Shown piece after piece: positions 9,928 to 19,887 of a DNA stretch of 64,000 nt; the first letter of the stretch is position 1; each line of letters opens with the position of its first letter. The notes under the pieces were generated by a model that made no database searches, had not been told where the DNA came from, and saw only the letters and a list, made by a program, of their open reading frames with translations. Source of the DNA: an uncultured Gemmatimonadaceae bacterium (GTDB lineage: Bacteria > Gemmatimonadota > Gemmatimonadetes > Gemmatimonadales > Gemmatimonadaceae); assembly GCA_963817955.1 (NCBI GenBank), contig CAWFQK010000004.1, positions 1,408,001 to 1,472,000 on the forward strand, read 5' to 3'. Made by a program: the position numbers and the translations under genes.

Positions 9928-10982
9928 GCCACGGCTCGGTGTTCGAGGGTCTGGGCATCCATCGACCGGCCCGCCGCTTCGGCAAAGGCAGCAAGACGCT
10001 GCATGATGCTCGCGAACGCTGGCGGTGCGAGGGACTGGTCGCCGTCGGACAACGCGTGTTCCGGGTTCGGGTGCACTTCCACGATCAGCCCGTCAGCGCC
10101 CGCGGCGATCGCTGCGAATGCGAGTGGCGCGACCAGCAAGGCATCGCCACCGGCGTGACTCGGGTCGACGATGACGGGCAGGTGGGTCTCTCGTTTGAGC
10201 ACAGGAATCGCCGAGACATCCAGCGTGTTGCGCGTCGCGGTCTCAAAGGTACGGATGCCCCGTTCGCACAGGACGACATCGTGATTGCCATTGGCCATGA
10301 TGTATTCGGCAGCCATGAGCAACTCCTTGATCGTGGCCGACAACCCACGCTTGAGCAGAACCGGACGCTGGACGTGTCCGAGTTCGGCAAGCAGCGAGTA
10401 GTTCTGCATGTTTCGCGCACCAACCTGCAGCATGTCCGCATGCTCGGCAACGAGATCCACCTGCCGTGTATCCATCACTTCCGTAACGACCGGCATCCCA
10501 GTGGCCTTCCGCGCTTCGGCGAGCAGGTGCAGCGCTTCCTCGCCGAGCCCCTGGAACGCGTAGGGGGACGTGCGTGGCTTGAAGGCGCCCCCTCGCAGCA
10601 TGGTCGCGCCCGCGGCGCGCACAGCCGTGGCAGTTTCGAGCAGCATGTCGCGGCTCTCGACCGAGCAGGGGCCGGCGATGACGGTGATGGTCGAGCCGCC
10701 GAACGTCGCGTTCGCGTCACGGCCGCCGACGCGCACGATGGTGGGATCGACGGCGAATGCGCGCGACGCGAGCTTGTATGGTTTGAGCACCGGCGTCACG
10801 GACTCGACACCGGGAAGCGAACGGAGCGGGATCTCTTCGAGCAGCGATTCGTCACCGATACAGCCGATGATCGTTCGCTGTTCGCCGCGCGACAGGTGCG
10901 TGCGCATGCCGACGGACTCCACGCGCTCGCGGATGTGGTCGACTTCGGCGTCGGTGACATGGGGTTTGGTGATGATGATCAT
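9924..10982 (-). CDS. aroF: DAHP synthase (type I-beta, N-terminal ferredoxin-like regulatory domain)
   Basis: [36 protein letters not shown] and DPSHAGG. Confidence 0.95.
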   Translation of the reverse strand: MIIITKPHVTDAEVDHIRERVESVGMRTHLSRGEQRTIIGCIGDESLLEEIPLRSLPGVESVTPVLKPYKLASRAFAVDPTIVRVGGRDANATFGGSTITVIAGPCSVESRDMLLETATAVRAAGATMLRGGAFKPRTSPYAFQGLGEEALHLLAEARKATGMPVVTEVMDTRQVDLVAEHADMLQVGARNMQNYSLLAELGHVQRPVLLKRGLSATIKELLMAAEYIMANGNHDVVLCERGIRTFETATRNTLDVSAIPVLKRETHLPVIVDPSHAGGDALLVAPLAFAAIAAGADGLIVEVHPNPEHALSDGDQSLAPPAFASIMQRLAAFAEAAGRSMDAQTLEHRAVA

Positions 10983-11038
10983 TGATCGATGACAGGTTGA
11001 GGATTGGCGAACGACGAAGGTCGAACTGCATTGGGCAT

Positions 11039-11070
11039 AAAAAAAACGACCCGTGATTTCTCACGGGTCG
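11039..11070 (-). terminator. Attenuator terminator hairpin upstream of aroF
   Basis: Minus strand CGACCCGTGA-GAAA-TCACGGGTCG followed by T8. Confidence 0.9.
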
Positions 11071-11099
11071 CTGGGGTTGGTTTGCGGAGTGGGCTGACT

Positions 11100-11180
11100 C
11101 TACCGCGTACGACTCCAACCACGGCCCGTGGAGCGGGTCGCGAGGTAATAGTAATACCGATAGCTGGCGGGGCGAGTCAT
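11100..11180 (-). CDS. Tyr-rich leader (attenuator) peptide MTRPASYRYYYYLATRSTGRGWSRTR
   Basis: 26 aa with 5 Tyr in 6 codons, directly upstream of the terminator and the aroF-CM-tyrA operon. Confidence 0.85.
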   Translation of the reverse strand: MTRPASYRYYYYLATRSTGRGWSRTR

Positions 11181-11187
11181 GGATCGG

Positions 11188-11216
11188 AGGCTAGGGGAGG
11201 GGCGGCGCGGTGTCAA
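11188..11216 (-). promoter_or_regulatory. Sigma70-type promoter of the leader
   Basis: TTGACA, 17-bp spacer, TAGCCT, then 7 nt to the ATG. Confidence 0.75.
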
Positions 11217-11237
11217 GGCTTGCCCAGCCGCGTCCCT

Positions 11238-11891
11238 TAACAGACTGTTGAAAGAGGGCTGGACAGGAGTCAGAAGCTCGAGGGCATGCGCATCACTTCG
11301 AGGGCCGGAACAGCTTTCTACCGCAGAGCGGCCGAACAGCTTTCTACCGCAGAGCGGCCGAACAGCTTTAACGCAGAGGTCGCAGAGAACTGCAAGAGAA
11401 CTGCAGAGGACTGCAAAAGAGGACTGCAAAAGAGGACTGCAAAAGAGAACTGCAAAGAGAACTGCAAAAGAAGACTGCAAAAGAGAACTGGAAAGGGGAA
11501 CTGCAAGAGAACTGCAAGAGCGAACTGGAAGCGTACGGAAGAGGGAAGCGCGTATCGGCGGAATGAACCGTGGATGCCGAGTCCACAATCATTCCGCTCA
11601 TATCGTTGATGATCCCGACCTGGGCGATACCATCGGAGCGTCACGACGACATCAGCCAAGACACCCAGGCGAGACCATCCTTCACGGTCCTCTGCAGTTC
11701 TCCTGCAGTTCTCTGCGACCTCTGCGTTAAAAAGCTGGTCTATCGGTCACCGAGATCCTTCGCTTGCGCTCAGGATGACAGCCCGTCGCTCAGGATGACA
11801 GCCCGTCGCTCAGGATGACAGCCCGTCGCTCAGGATGACAGCCCGTCGCTCAGGATGACAGGCGATTCACTCGTAGTTCAACAGTCCGTTG
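11238..11891. mobile_element. Nested-inverted-repeat element, copy 2 (inverted relative to copies 1 and 3)
   Basis: Outer TIR AACAGACTGTTGAA / TTCAACAGTCCGTT; core at 11532-11688; 12-bp and 26-bp tandem repeats; five 20-bp CGCTCAGGATGACAG units at 11768-11861. Confidence 0.8.
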
Positions 11892-11907
11892 ACACCAAGA
11901 TACTCCC

Positions 11908-12354
11908 ATGCCTCCCCTTCTCCACGACCCTGCCGTTCGCGACGCGGTCCGCGGCCGCATCCTGACGCTCCGCTCGGATTCACCGCGCAAGTGGGGCAAG
12001 ATGAGCGTCGACCAGATGCTATGGCACTGCAGTCAGAGCATGGGCCAGGCGCTCGGCCAAGTGCCTTCGACGCTGGTCAGGGTGCCGGTTCCGCGCTCGA
12101 TGATGAAGTTCTTCGTGCTCAATATGCCCTGGCCAAAGGGCGCGCCGACCGCGCCCGAACTCACCGCCATCAAGCGCTATTCATTCGACACGGAGCATGC
12201 ACGCTGCCTGCAATTCCTCGACGCGTTCACGACCAAGGGAATCGACGCTCATGACTGGGGTAGCTCGCCGGCCTTTGGTCCACTGAACGGCACGGAATGG
12301 AGCCGGTTGCAAGCGAAGCACCTGGATCATCACCTGCGGCAGTTCGACACCTGA
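11908..12354 (+). CDS. DUF1569 / DinB-like protein
   Basis: WGKMSVDQMLWHC ... FGPL..EW..KHLDHHLRQF. Confidence 0.8.
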   Translation: MPPLLHDPAVRDAVRGRILTLRSDSPRKWGKMSVDQMLWHCSQSMGQALGQVPSTLVRVPVPRSMMKFFVLNMPWPKGAPTAPELTAIKRYSFDTEHARCLQFLDAFTTKGIDAHDWGSSPAFGPLNGTEWSRLQAKHLDHHLRQFDT

Positions 12355-12370
12355 CCATAAGAGGAGATGG

Positions 12371-12406
12371 AACGGGGCCGAGACGCGTAGCGTCTCGGCC
12401 CCGTTC
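12371..12406. terminator. Hairpin between convergent genes
   Basis: AACGGGGCCGAGACGC-GTA-GCGTCTCGGCCCCGTT. Confidence 0.7.
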
Positions 12407-12446
12407 AGTATTCAGTTACAGCGCGACGTGCGCCGTATTGCCGATC

Positions 12447-14129
12447 CTAGAACAATCCCACGATCTCGCCGCTTGGCAACCGGGCCATCCGCTCGGCCGC
12501 AGGCTCCTTCGGCAAACCAGGCATGGTCATGATGTCGCCGCACTGCGCAACGATGAAGCCGGCGCCGGCCGATGCACGAACCTCGTTGACTGAGACGCGG
12601 AAGCCGCGGGGACGTCCGAGTTTCGTGGCGTCGTCGGTGAGCGAGTACTGTGTCTTCGCCATACACACCGGCGTATTCCCGAGCCCGATCGACTCGAGAT
12701 ACTCGATCGCGCGATCGGCAGCCGGCGTGTAGTCGGCACCGTCGCCGCCGTAGATCTGCCGAACGATGATGTCGATCTTCTGCTTGATCGGCCAGTCGGT
12801 TGGGTACAACGGACGGAATTCGGCGCCCTTCTTGTCGAGGACTGAGAGCAACTCTGCGCCGAGTGCTTCACCGCCAGCGCCACCCTTCTCCCAGACCTCC
12901 GTGAGTGCAACGGGCACGCCGAGGCGAGCGGCATAATCGGCGACCATCTGCAGCTCGGCCTCCGTGTCGGACGTGCGCCGGTTGAGCGCCACGATGCCCG
13001 GCACGCCGAAATGCTTCACGTTCTCGATGTGCTTCTCGAGGTTGGGCAGCCCGCGCTCGAGCGCGGCCAGGTCTTCCACACCGAGATTCTTCTTGTCGCC
13101 GCCGCCATGCATCTTGAGCGAGCGCACCGTGGCGACGATGATTGCGGCTTCCGGCTGCAACCCGCCCGCGCGGCACTTGATGTTAAAGAACTTCTCCACG
13201 CCGAGATCGGAGCCGAAGCCTGCTTCCGTGACCACGATGTCGGCGAGCGCGAGCGCCGAGCGCGTGGCGAGAATGCTGTTACAGCCATGCGCAATGTTGC
13301 CGAACGGGCCCGCGTGGACGAACGCCGGGCCGCCCTCGAGCGTCTGCACGAGATTCGGCCTGATGGCGTCCTTGAGCAGCAGCGCCATGGCTCCGGTCGC
13401 GCGCAACTCGCCGGCAGTCACGGGACGGCGGTCCTTGCCGGCCGTCGAACCGACGATGATGCGCGCCAGCCGTTCTTCGAGATCCTGCGGACTCGATGCG
13501 AGCGCGACGATCGCCATGATCTCGCTCGCAGGAATGATGACGAAGCGTTCCTCGCGTGGAATACCGTCGCCGACTCCCCCCAGACCAATGATGCAATGAC
13601 GCAGCGCGCGGTCATTCATGTCGATGGTGCGCGGCCAGGTGATGCGGCGCGGATCGATATGGAGCTCGTTCCCTTGCTGCAGATGGTTGTCGAGCATGGC
13701 CGACAGCAGCGCGTGCGCCGTCGAAATCGCGTGGAAGTCGCCGGTGAAGTGGAGGTTGATGTCATCCATCGGGACCACCTGCGCATATCCACCGCCCGCG
13801 GCGCCGCCCTTCACGCCGAACACCGGGCCCAGGCTTGGCTCGCGAATACAGAGGGCAACACTCTGGCCCATGCGCCGGAGCGCCTGCGCCAGGCCGACGG
13901 ATACGGTGCTCTTCCCTTCTCCGGCCGGTGTCGGATTCGTCGCTGTTACGACGACGAGGCGGCCGCGGATGGGACGTTGCGACACCTCGAGCGGAATCTT
14001 CGCTTTGTATTTGCCATACAGATCGAGCTCGTCGCGCTGGAGTCCCAACTCCGCGGCAACGTCCTCGATCGGACGCATCTTGACGCGCTGTGCGATTTCA
14101 ATATCGGAAGGAACAGTGGATACGGCCAC
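12447..14129 (-). CDS. fhs: Formate--tetrahydrofolate ligase
   Basis: NPTPAGEGKST, GVKGGAAGGGYAQV, GPFGNIAHGCNS and IMTMPGLP. Confidence 0.97.
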   Translation of the reverse strand: MAVSTVPSDIEIAQRVKMRPIEDVAAELGLQRDELDLYGKYKAKIPLEVSQRPIRGRLVVVTATNPTPAGEGKSTVSVGLAQALRRMGQSVALCIREPSLGPVFGVKGGAAGGGYAQVVPMDDINLHFTGDFHAISTAHALLSAMLDNHLQQGNELHIDPRRITWPRTIDMNDRALRHCIIGLGGVGDGIPREERFVIIPASEIMAIVALASSPQDLEERLARIIVGSTAGKDRRPVTAGELRATGAMALLLKDAIRPNLVQTLEGGPAFVHAGPFGNIAHGCNSILATRSALALADIVVTEAGFGSDLGVEKFFNIKCRAGGLQPEAAIIVATVRSLKMHGGGDKKNLGVEDLAALERGLPNLEKHIENVKHFGVPGIVALNRRTSDTEAELQMVADYAARLGVPVALTEVWEKGGAGGEALGAELLSVLDKKGAEFRPLYPTDWPIKQKIDIIVRQIYGGDGADYTPAADRAIEYLESIGLGNTPVCMAKTQYSLTDDATKLGRPRGFRVSVNEVRASAGAGFIVAQCGDIMTMPGLPKEPAAERMARLPSGEIVGLF

Positions 14130-14144
14130 GACAAGGTCCTCAGG

Positions 14145-14984
14145 TTAGGGCAGTCCGGAAATGCGATGCATTCCGGTGTACACGTTCGCGCTTCTTCCCC
14201 TCAGCAATCCCACCAACGTCATGCCCGCCAACTCGGCATATTGAATGGCCAAGCCAGTGGGCCGTGAGACCGCGGCGATCAGCTCGACGCCGATGGCGGC
14301 GGCCTTCTGCACCATCTCATAACTCGCACGGCTCGTGACGACCACCAACCCGTCGCACGTCTGTGTGCCGGCCCGTGCGAGCGCACCGAGCACTTTGTCG
14401 AGCGCGTTGTGCCGCCCGATGTCTTCGCGTACGACGTGCAACACGCCGTCGGAGGTACCCCATCCGGCGGCGTGCACGGTGCTCGTCACGTGATTCAACG
14501 ACTGGCGGCGCGTCAGTTCGCCGCCAGCTCGCCACAGAGCCTCCGCGCTCACGTGAAGCGCTGACTGAACGCGGCCCGGTACGCGGAGCGCGTCGCCGAT
14601 CGTTTCGACGCCGCACAATCCACATCCGGTGCGCGCGGCAAGCATGCGCGCCCGATCCTGCAAGCGGTCGGCGTCGGCCGCGGCAATCTCGATCTGCACC
14701 TCAACCCCGTGACTGGCGCGGACCACGTCCACACGACCGACCGCCGACGCGTTCGCGACAACACCTTCGGTGATGCTGAACCCGATGGCCAGATCCTCGA
14801 GGTCCGCCGGCGTGCTCATCACCACCACGTGCGGCCGTCCGTTGTACACGAGCGCGACGGGGACTTCTTCCGCGACGACTACCGATGCCGGCTCGACGCC
14901 GGCGTCGCTCAAGCGAACGATCGAACGCTCCGATGACGGCTCGGTGTAGCCAAGCCCGAACAGCAAATGCTCAGCGGCGTCCAT
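14145..14984 (-). CDS. fdhD: Formate dehydrogenase accessory sulfurtransferase
   Basis: EEVPV, TGCGLCG, REDIGRHNALDK and TSRASYEMVQK. Confidence 0.93.
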   Translation of the reverse strand: MDAAEHLLFGLGYTEPSSERSIVRLSDAGVEPASVVVAEEVPVALVYNGRPHVVVMSTPADLEDLAIGFSITEGVVANASAVGRVDVVRASHGVEVQIEIAAADADRLQDRARMLAARTGCGLCGVETIGDALRVPGRVQSALHVSAEALWRAGGELTRRQSLNHVTSTVHAAGWGTSDGVLHVVREDIGRHNALDKVLGALARAGTQTCDGLVVVTSRASYEMVQKAAAIGVELIAAVSRPTGLAIQYAELAGMTLVGLLRGRSANVYTGMHRISGLP

Positions 14985-15987
14985 TCCCGCCATTATCGCC
15001 ATTTGTGTCGAGGTTCTGCACGAAGCGCCAACCGAAACGGCCTTTGATGCACAGGTTGCCCTGCGTGATGGTGTTCTCGAGCGGCGAGGTCGCTTTCACG
15101 ATCTCACCGTCGTCGACATGCAGGCGCAGCGTGCAGCCAACGCCGCAGTAGGGGCAGATCGTGTCTGTCGTCGTCACGCGGGACTCATCCCACGTTCCCG
15201 CGCCGCGCTTGTCGAACTCCGTCTTTGCCATGAGCGCGCCCGTGGGGCAGACGGCAATGCAATTGCCGCAATAGACGCACGCCGACTCCGGCAGCGGCAC
15301 GGCAAACTCGGTCGAGATGTGCGCGTCGAAACCACGGCCGGCTACGGCAATCGCGAAGCTGTTCTGATGATCAGGTCCACACGCTTCTGTGCACTTGTAG
15401 CAGAGGATGCACTTGGCGTAATCGCGCACGTACAGATCATTGTCGATCGTCGCCGGCTCGGCGACGGTCGCCGCGACCTCGGGACTGGGAGGCGCATGAT
15501 GTCCGGGCACGGATGCGTCGCGCGTCCCGGCAGGCGCCGGCGGTGCGGGCGGCCCGAACCGTTCCGGCTTGGCGCCATATTCGTCTAGCCACTCGGCGAT
15601 CTTCGGCGTGGTGGAGAGATCGACCGAGGACGCCAGCAGCTCGAGGACGAGCTTGCGGCTATGCTTGACGCGCTCCGATTTGGTGTGCACCACCATGCCC
15701 TCCTCGGCCGCGCGGGCGCAGGACGGCACGAGTACCCGCGCGCCCTCGAGCTCCACGACACAGATCCGGCAGGCATTCACGGGGTGCAACGTCTCCAGGA
15801 AGCACAGCGTCGGGATCTCGATTCCGATCTCCCGGCATGCGGCAAGGATGGACGTCCCCTCGATCACGCTGACGCGTTGTCCGTCGATCGTGAGCGCAAT
15901 GGTGCGCGTCGACTGACGACGCGACTGGTCGGTCGCGTAGGTCGGACGCTGCAATTGCACGAGCGGGCCAGTGTGGACGGCGGTCAT
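14971..15987 (-). CDS. FDH Fe-S subunit: [2Fe-2S], 2x[4Fe-4S] and the molybdopterin-Fe4S4 domain
   Basis: IPTLC..NACRICVVE..C; CILCYKC; CVYCGNCIAVCP; C-terminal TICPYCGVGC..LCIKGRFG. Confidence 0.88.
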   Translation of the reverse strand: MTAVHTGPLVQLQRPTYATDQSRRQSTRTIALTIDGQRVSVIEGTSILAACREIGIEIPTLCFLETLHPVNACRICVVELEGARVLVPSCARAAEEGMVVHTKSERVKHSRKLVLELLASSVDLSTTPKIAEWLDEYGAKPERFGPPAPPAPAGTRDASVPGHHAPPSPEVAATVAEPATIDNDLYVRDYAKCILCYKCTEACGPDHQNSFAIAVAGRGFDAHISTEFAVPLPESACVYCGNCIAVCPTGALMAKTEFDKRGAGTWDESRVTTTDTICPYCGVGCTLRLHVDDGEIVKATSPLENTITQGNLCIKGRFGWRFVQNLDTNGDNGGNGRR

Positions 15988-15991
15988 GGCA

Positions 15992-17899
15992 TCACGATCC
16001 GGTGAGCAAATCAACTCTATGAATTGCCGACTCGATCGCCGCGTATGCAGCCTGGCCAAGTCCGCAGATTGACGAATCCTTCATTGCCGCGCCCACGTCG
16101 TCGAGCAGCGCAATCTCCGCCGCCACGCCGCCGCGCGTCTTACCGCACGCAATGCGGTGCAGCGCCTCCTCCTGCCGTACGGTTCCCACGCGGCACGGAA
16201 CGCATTGGCCGCACGACTCGTCCCGGAAGAACGCCGCAATGCGCAGGAGAATCTGCGTCATGTCCACGCGATCGTCGAACGCGACGATGACACCGGAGCC
16301 GAGCGTCGCCTTGGCGGCTCGCACGCCCTCGAAGGTGAGCGGGATATCGAGGTCCTGCGGGCCGACGAACACGCCGGCGGCCCCGCCGAGCAGAATTGCC
16401 TGAAGCGACCGCCCGTTCGCCACCCCGCCCGCCATGGCGAGCAGGTCGCGCAGCGACTTGCCGAACGGTACCTCGTAGACACCGGGGCGCGAAACGTTGC
16501 CGCTGAGACAGAACAATTTCGTTCCCGTGGACTGCTCCGTGCCAATGCGCGAGAACGCCTCGCCGCCACGCAGAACGATATCCGGGATGTTGGCCAGCGT
16601 CTCGACGTTGTTGATCACCGTCGGCAGACCAAAGAGTCCAGCCTGCACGGGGAATGGCGGCTTGTTGCGCGGCTCTCCGCGATAGCCTTCGATGGAGTTG
16701 AAGATCGCGGTCTCTTCGCCGCAGATATACGCGCCGGCGCCGCGACGAATTTCCATGTCGAACGCGAACCCATGGCCGAGAATATTCTCGCCCAGGAATC
16801 CGTGCGCGCGTGCTTCACAGATGGCATGCTGCATTCGTGCTGCGCCAAGCGGATATTCACCGCGAATGTAGACGAAGCCGCGCTCGCAGCCGGTGGCGTA
16901 CGCCGCGATGATCATGGCCTCGACGACGGCGAACGGGTCTCCATCGAGTAGCACGCGGTCCTTGAATGTCCCGGGCTCCGACTCGTCCGCGTTGCAGACG
17001 AGATAGTGCGGGTGCGCAGCCTGTTTGGCGACGGCCTCCCACTTGCGGCCGGTGGGGAACGCAGCACCGCCGCGGCCCATCAGCTTGGAGTCGACCACTT
17101 CCCTGATCACCGCATCGGGTCCGATCTCGAGCGCGCGACGTAGCGCAGCGAAACCGCCCGCGGCCCGGTACGCGGAGATGTCGGAGGGATCGACGGTCCC
17201 GACGCGTTTGAGCAGCGACAGGGATGGGTCACCGCGTTGCGGGAGGTCTTCCTGTGAGAAGCCCTGCGTCTGACTGGCCGGCGCGGACGCGAGATCGGTC
17301 GCGACGGTCGGGATGACGGTCCTGGCCTTTTCCAGCGTCAACTCGCCAATCAGATACTCGCGTGGCGTCACGCCGGCCTGCTGAACGAATGCCGCCGGCG
17401 CATGATCACATAACCCTAAACAGGGCGAGCGCATCCACGTGGCGCTATTCGGATGCACCGTGACGTGATCGCCCGTCGGTCCGTGCGCATGAGCGGGGCC
17501 AACGGTGCGCTCGATCTCTGCGATCAGCTCTGCCGCGCCCTTGCACCGACACGCGACGTCATCGCACACGTGCAGGACCCGGGGGGCGCGCGGCGTTGTG
17601 GAGAGCAGCGCGTAGAATGTTGCCACGCCCCATGCATCGGCGGGTGGCACCCCGAGACGCGTGCACACGTACTCGAGGCCCGTCTCACTGATCCAGCCAA
17701 CGCGCGCCTGCAATGCCCGGAGTGCCGGCAGAAGCAGGTGTCGCTTCTCCCGCATGTCGCGTCCGCCAAACGCCACGCGAGCATCGCTGGGATCGCCACG
17801 CGCGCCGCCGTCCCATTGTGAGTCCGGAGCGCCAAGCAGCGCATCCACCGCGGCGCGCTCGTCTTCAGTTGGCGTAGCGTTCCGCAGATGCAGATCCAT
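15992..17899 (-). CDS. NuoE-NuoF-like fused FMN/NADH-binding (diaphorase) subunit
   Basis: GVATFY..VCDDVAC..CLGLC; GRGGAAFPTGRKW; NADESEPGTFKD; YICGEET; ESCGQCVPCR..ICGLG. Confidence 0.9.
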   Translation of the reverse strand: MDLHLRNATPTEDERAAVDALLGAPDSQWDGGARGDPSDARVAFGGRDMREKRHLLLPALRALQARVGWISETGLEYVCTRLGVPPADAWGVATFYALLSTTPRAPRVLHVCDDVACRCKGAAELIAEIERTVGPAHAHGPTGDHVTVHPNSATWMRSPCLGLCDHAPAAFVQQAGVTPREYLIGELTLEKARTVIPTVATDLASAPASQTQGFSQEDLPQRGDPSLSLLKRVGTVDPSDISAYRAAGGFAALRRALEIGPDAVIREVVDSKLMGRGGAAFPTGRKWEAVAKQAAHPHYLVCNADESEPGTFKDRVLLDGDPFAVVEAMIIAAYATGCERGFVYIRGEYPLGAARMQHAICEARAHGFLGENILGHGFAFDMEIRRGAGAYICGEETAIFNSIEGYRGEPRNKPPFPVQAGLFGLPTVINNVETLANIPDIVLRGGEAFSRIGTEQSTGTKLFCLSGNVSRPGVYEVPFGKSLRDLLAMAGGVANGRSLQAILLGGAAGVFVGPQDLDIPLTFEGVRAAKATLGSGVIVAFDDRVDMTQILLRIAAFFRDESCGQCVPCRVGTVRQEEALHRIACGKTRGGVAAEIALLDDVGAAMKDSSICGLGQAAYAAIESAIHRVDLLTGS

Positions 17900-19887
17900 C
17901 AATCGTCTCCAGCAGCAGCAAGGGATTCGGTCCGGTGCGCCATGTGGGATGGAACAGTTTCCGCCCGCTCGACGCGCACCGCACAGGCCTTGTATTCGGC
18001 GGTGCCCGATTTGGGATCGGAGGCATCGATCGTCAACAGGTTCGTCGCGACAGCGTCCTGAAAATGAAACGTCATGAACACGACGCCTACCGGCAGCGCG
18101 CGATCGATGCGTACCGGCGCCCGGACGCTTCCTCTTCGCGACGTCACGCGAACGGTATCGCCGTCTGCCACGCGAAGCCGTTGGGCATCTTCCGGCGAAA
18201 TGTCCAGAAATTCCCCACGATGCAGTGGCGACAGATAGCCGCCCGTCTGCACGCCCGTATTATACGACTCGAGCGAGCGTCCCGTTGTCAGAACGAGGGG
18301 GAATTCATCGCAAGGTGGCTCGGCCAGCCCCTCATGGTGCACGATCGAGAAGGGCGCGAGCCGGCCGCGCTTTGCTAGATCAGTGTCCCAGAGCCGGGCG
18401 TGCAGGAACTTGGTGCCCGGGTGCGACTCGTCGGGACAGGGCCACTGTAGCCCACCAAGCGCCTCGAGGCGGGCATAGCTCATTCCCGCCAGATCAGGCG
18501 CGAGCGACCGCAACTCGTTCCAGATCTGCTCCGCACTCTGGTGTTCCCACACATAGCCCATACGACGGGCGAGCTCGCCGATGATCCACAGCTCGTCGCG
18601 CGCGTCACTGGGAGCATTCACTGCCTTGCGCACGCGCTGTACCCGGCGCTCGCTGTTCGTGACCGTTCCCTCTCCCTCTGCCCACGTCGCGGCGGCGGGG
18701 AACACGACGTCCGCGAGTTGCGCGGTCTTGGTGAGGAAGATGTCCTGCACCACGAGATGGTCGAGCTGCGACAGCAACGCGGTAACGTGGCCGGCGTCGG
18801 CGTCCGACTGCACGGGGTTCTCCCCGATGATGTAGAGGGCCGTGAGGTCCCGGCGCTCCATTGCCTCCATCATCAGCGTGAGCGTCCAGCCATTCTCAGG
18901 GAGAATGTCGCGTCCCCAGGCGCGCTCGAACTTTGCGCGATGCTCAGGATTGGTCACGTCCTGAAAGCCGGGCAGCTTGTTCGGCAACGCGCCCATGTCG
19001 CCGCCGCCCTGCACGTTGTTCTGGCCGCGCAATGGGTTACATCCGCAGCCGTACCGACCCACATGGCCGGTGAGCAACGAGAGGTTGATCAACGCGAAAA
19101 CGTTGTCCGCCGCGTTGTGGTGTTCGGTAATGCCGAGCGTCCAGCAGATGGTGGCGCGATCGGCAGTCGCGTATGCGTGCGCCGCATCGCGAATCACGTC
19201 GGCCGGCACACCGGTGATGCGGGCGACGTAGTCGAGCGTGTACGGCTCGACAGCGTCGCGGTATGCGGCGAAGTCAGTCGTTGCACGCGCGATGAACGTC
19301 TCGTCGGCCAGGCCGGCGTGAATGATCTCGCGTGCCATGCCATTGGCCAGCGCGATGTCAGTGCCCACGTTGAGACCGAGCCACACATCGGCCCATTCCG
19401 CGGAGCTGGTCCGCCGCGGATCGACGACATAGAGCGTCGCGCCGTTCTGGATTCCCTTCAGGAGATGATGGAACCAGATCGGATGCGCCTCACGGGCGTT
19501 CGATCCCCAGAGGAACACGAAATCCGTGTGCTCCATTTCCTCGTATGAACTGGTCGAGCCGCCCGCTCCAAAGATTGCCGTCAGACCGACGACGCTGGGA
19601 GCGTGTCAGGTTCGATTGCAGCTATCGATGTTGTTGTTACCGAACACCTGCCGAGCGAATTTCGAGGCAGCAAAATTCACCTCGTTGGTCGATTTCGAGC
19701 AGCTGAAGATTCCAGTCGCCTTCCGTCCACTCTGGGACAGATTGCGCATGAATCCTTCAGCGGCGCGGTCGAGCGCTTCGTCCCAGGAAGCGGGCCGGAG
19801 AACTCCGTTATCGCGAACGAGGGGCTGCGTGAGGCGGGGGTACGCGCCCGGCGGGCTGGAGCGAGACTTCTTCACGTGCATCTCCAT
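17899..19887 (-). CDS. fdhF: Selenocysteine-containing formate dehydrogenase catalytic subunit (in-frame UGA at 19606-19608; start 19887, 19881 or 19875)
   Basis: ORFs 19606-20052 and 17899-19536 are in frame: NNIDSCNRT-U-HAPSVVGL. Also LRGQNNVQG and GTVTNSERRVQ. Confidence 0.92.
19562..19605 (-). promoter_or_regulatory. Bacterial SECIS hairpin
   Basis: After UGA: CGCUCC..GUCGUC-GGUCU-GACGGC..GGAGCG. The apical GGUCU resembles the E. coli fdhF SECIS. Confidence 0.8.

Noticed and set aside
9939..10985. Long antisense ORFs (also 13011-14267, 27692-28882 and 38816-40432)
   Set aside because: Stop-poor antisense frames typical of high-GC genes; no motifs.
11039..11180. T-box riboswitch upstream of aroF
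   Set aside because: No T-box consensus (AGGGTGGNACCGCG) seen and the leader is too short; the leader-peptide model explains the region.
11179..11818. Ser/Leu/Phe- or Lys/Arg-rich ORFs over the element (also at 4.9-5.4, 20.1-20.5 and 29.2-29.5 kb)
   Set aside because: They are translations of 12-bp tandem repeats, with frames not conserved between copies.
11768..11861. CRISPR-like array of 20-bp units
   Set aside because: The units are contiguous and identical with no unique spacers, there are no cas genes, and the array is part of the repeat element.
12447..14129. Wood-Ljungdahl pathway
   Set aside because: No acsB, cooS or methylene-THF genes in the window; fhs alone is not diagnostic.
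15992..17899. Electron-bifurcating FDH or complex I
   Set aside because: It has EPGTFKD and AYICGEE residues and no C-terminal extra ferredoxin domain, which fits a non-bifurcating diaphorase. There are no membrane nuo genes.
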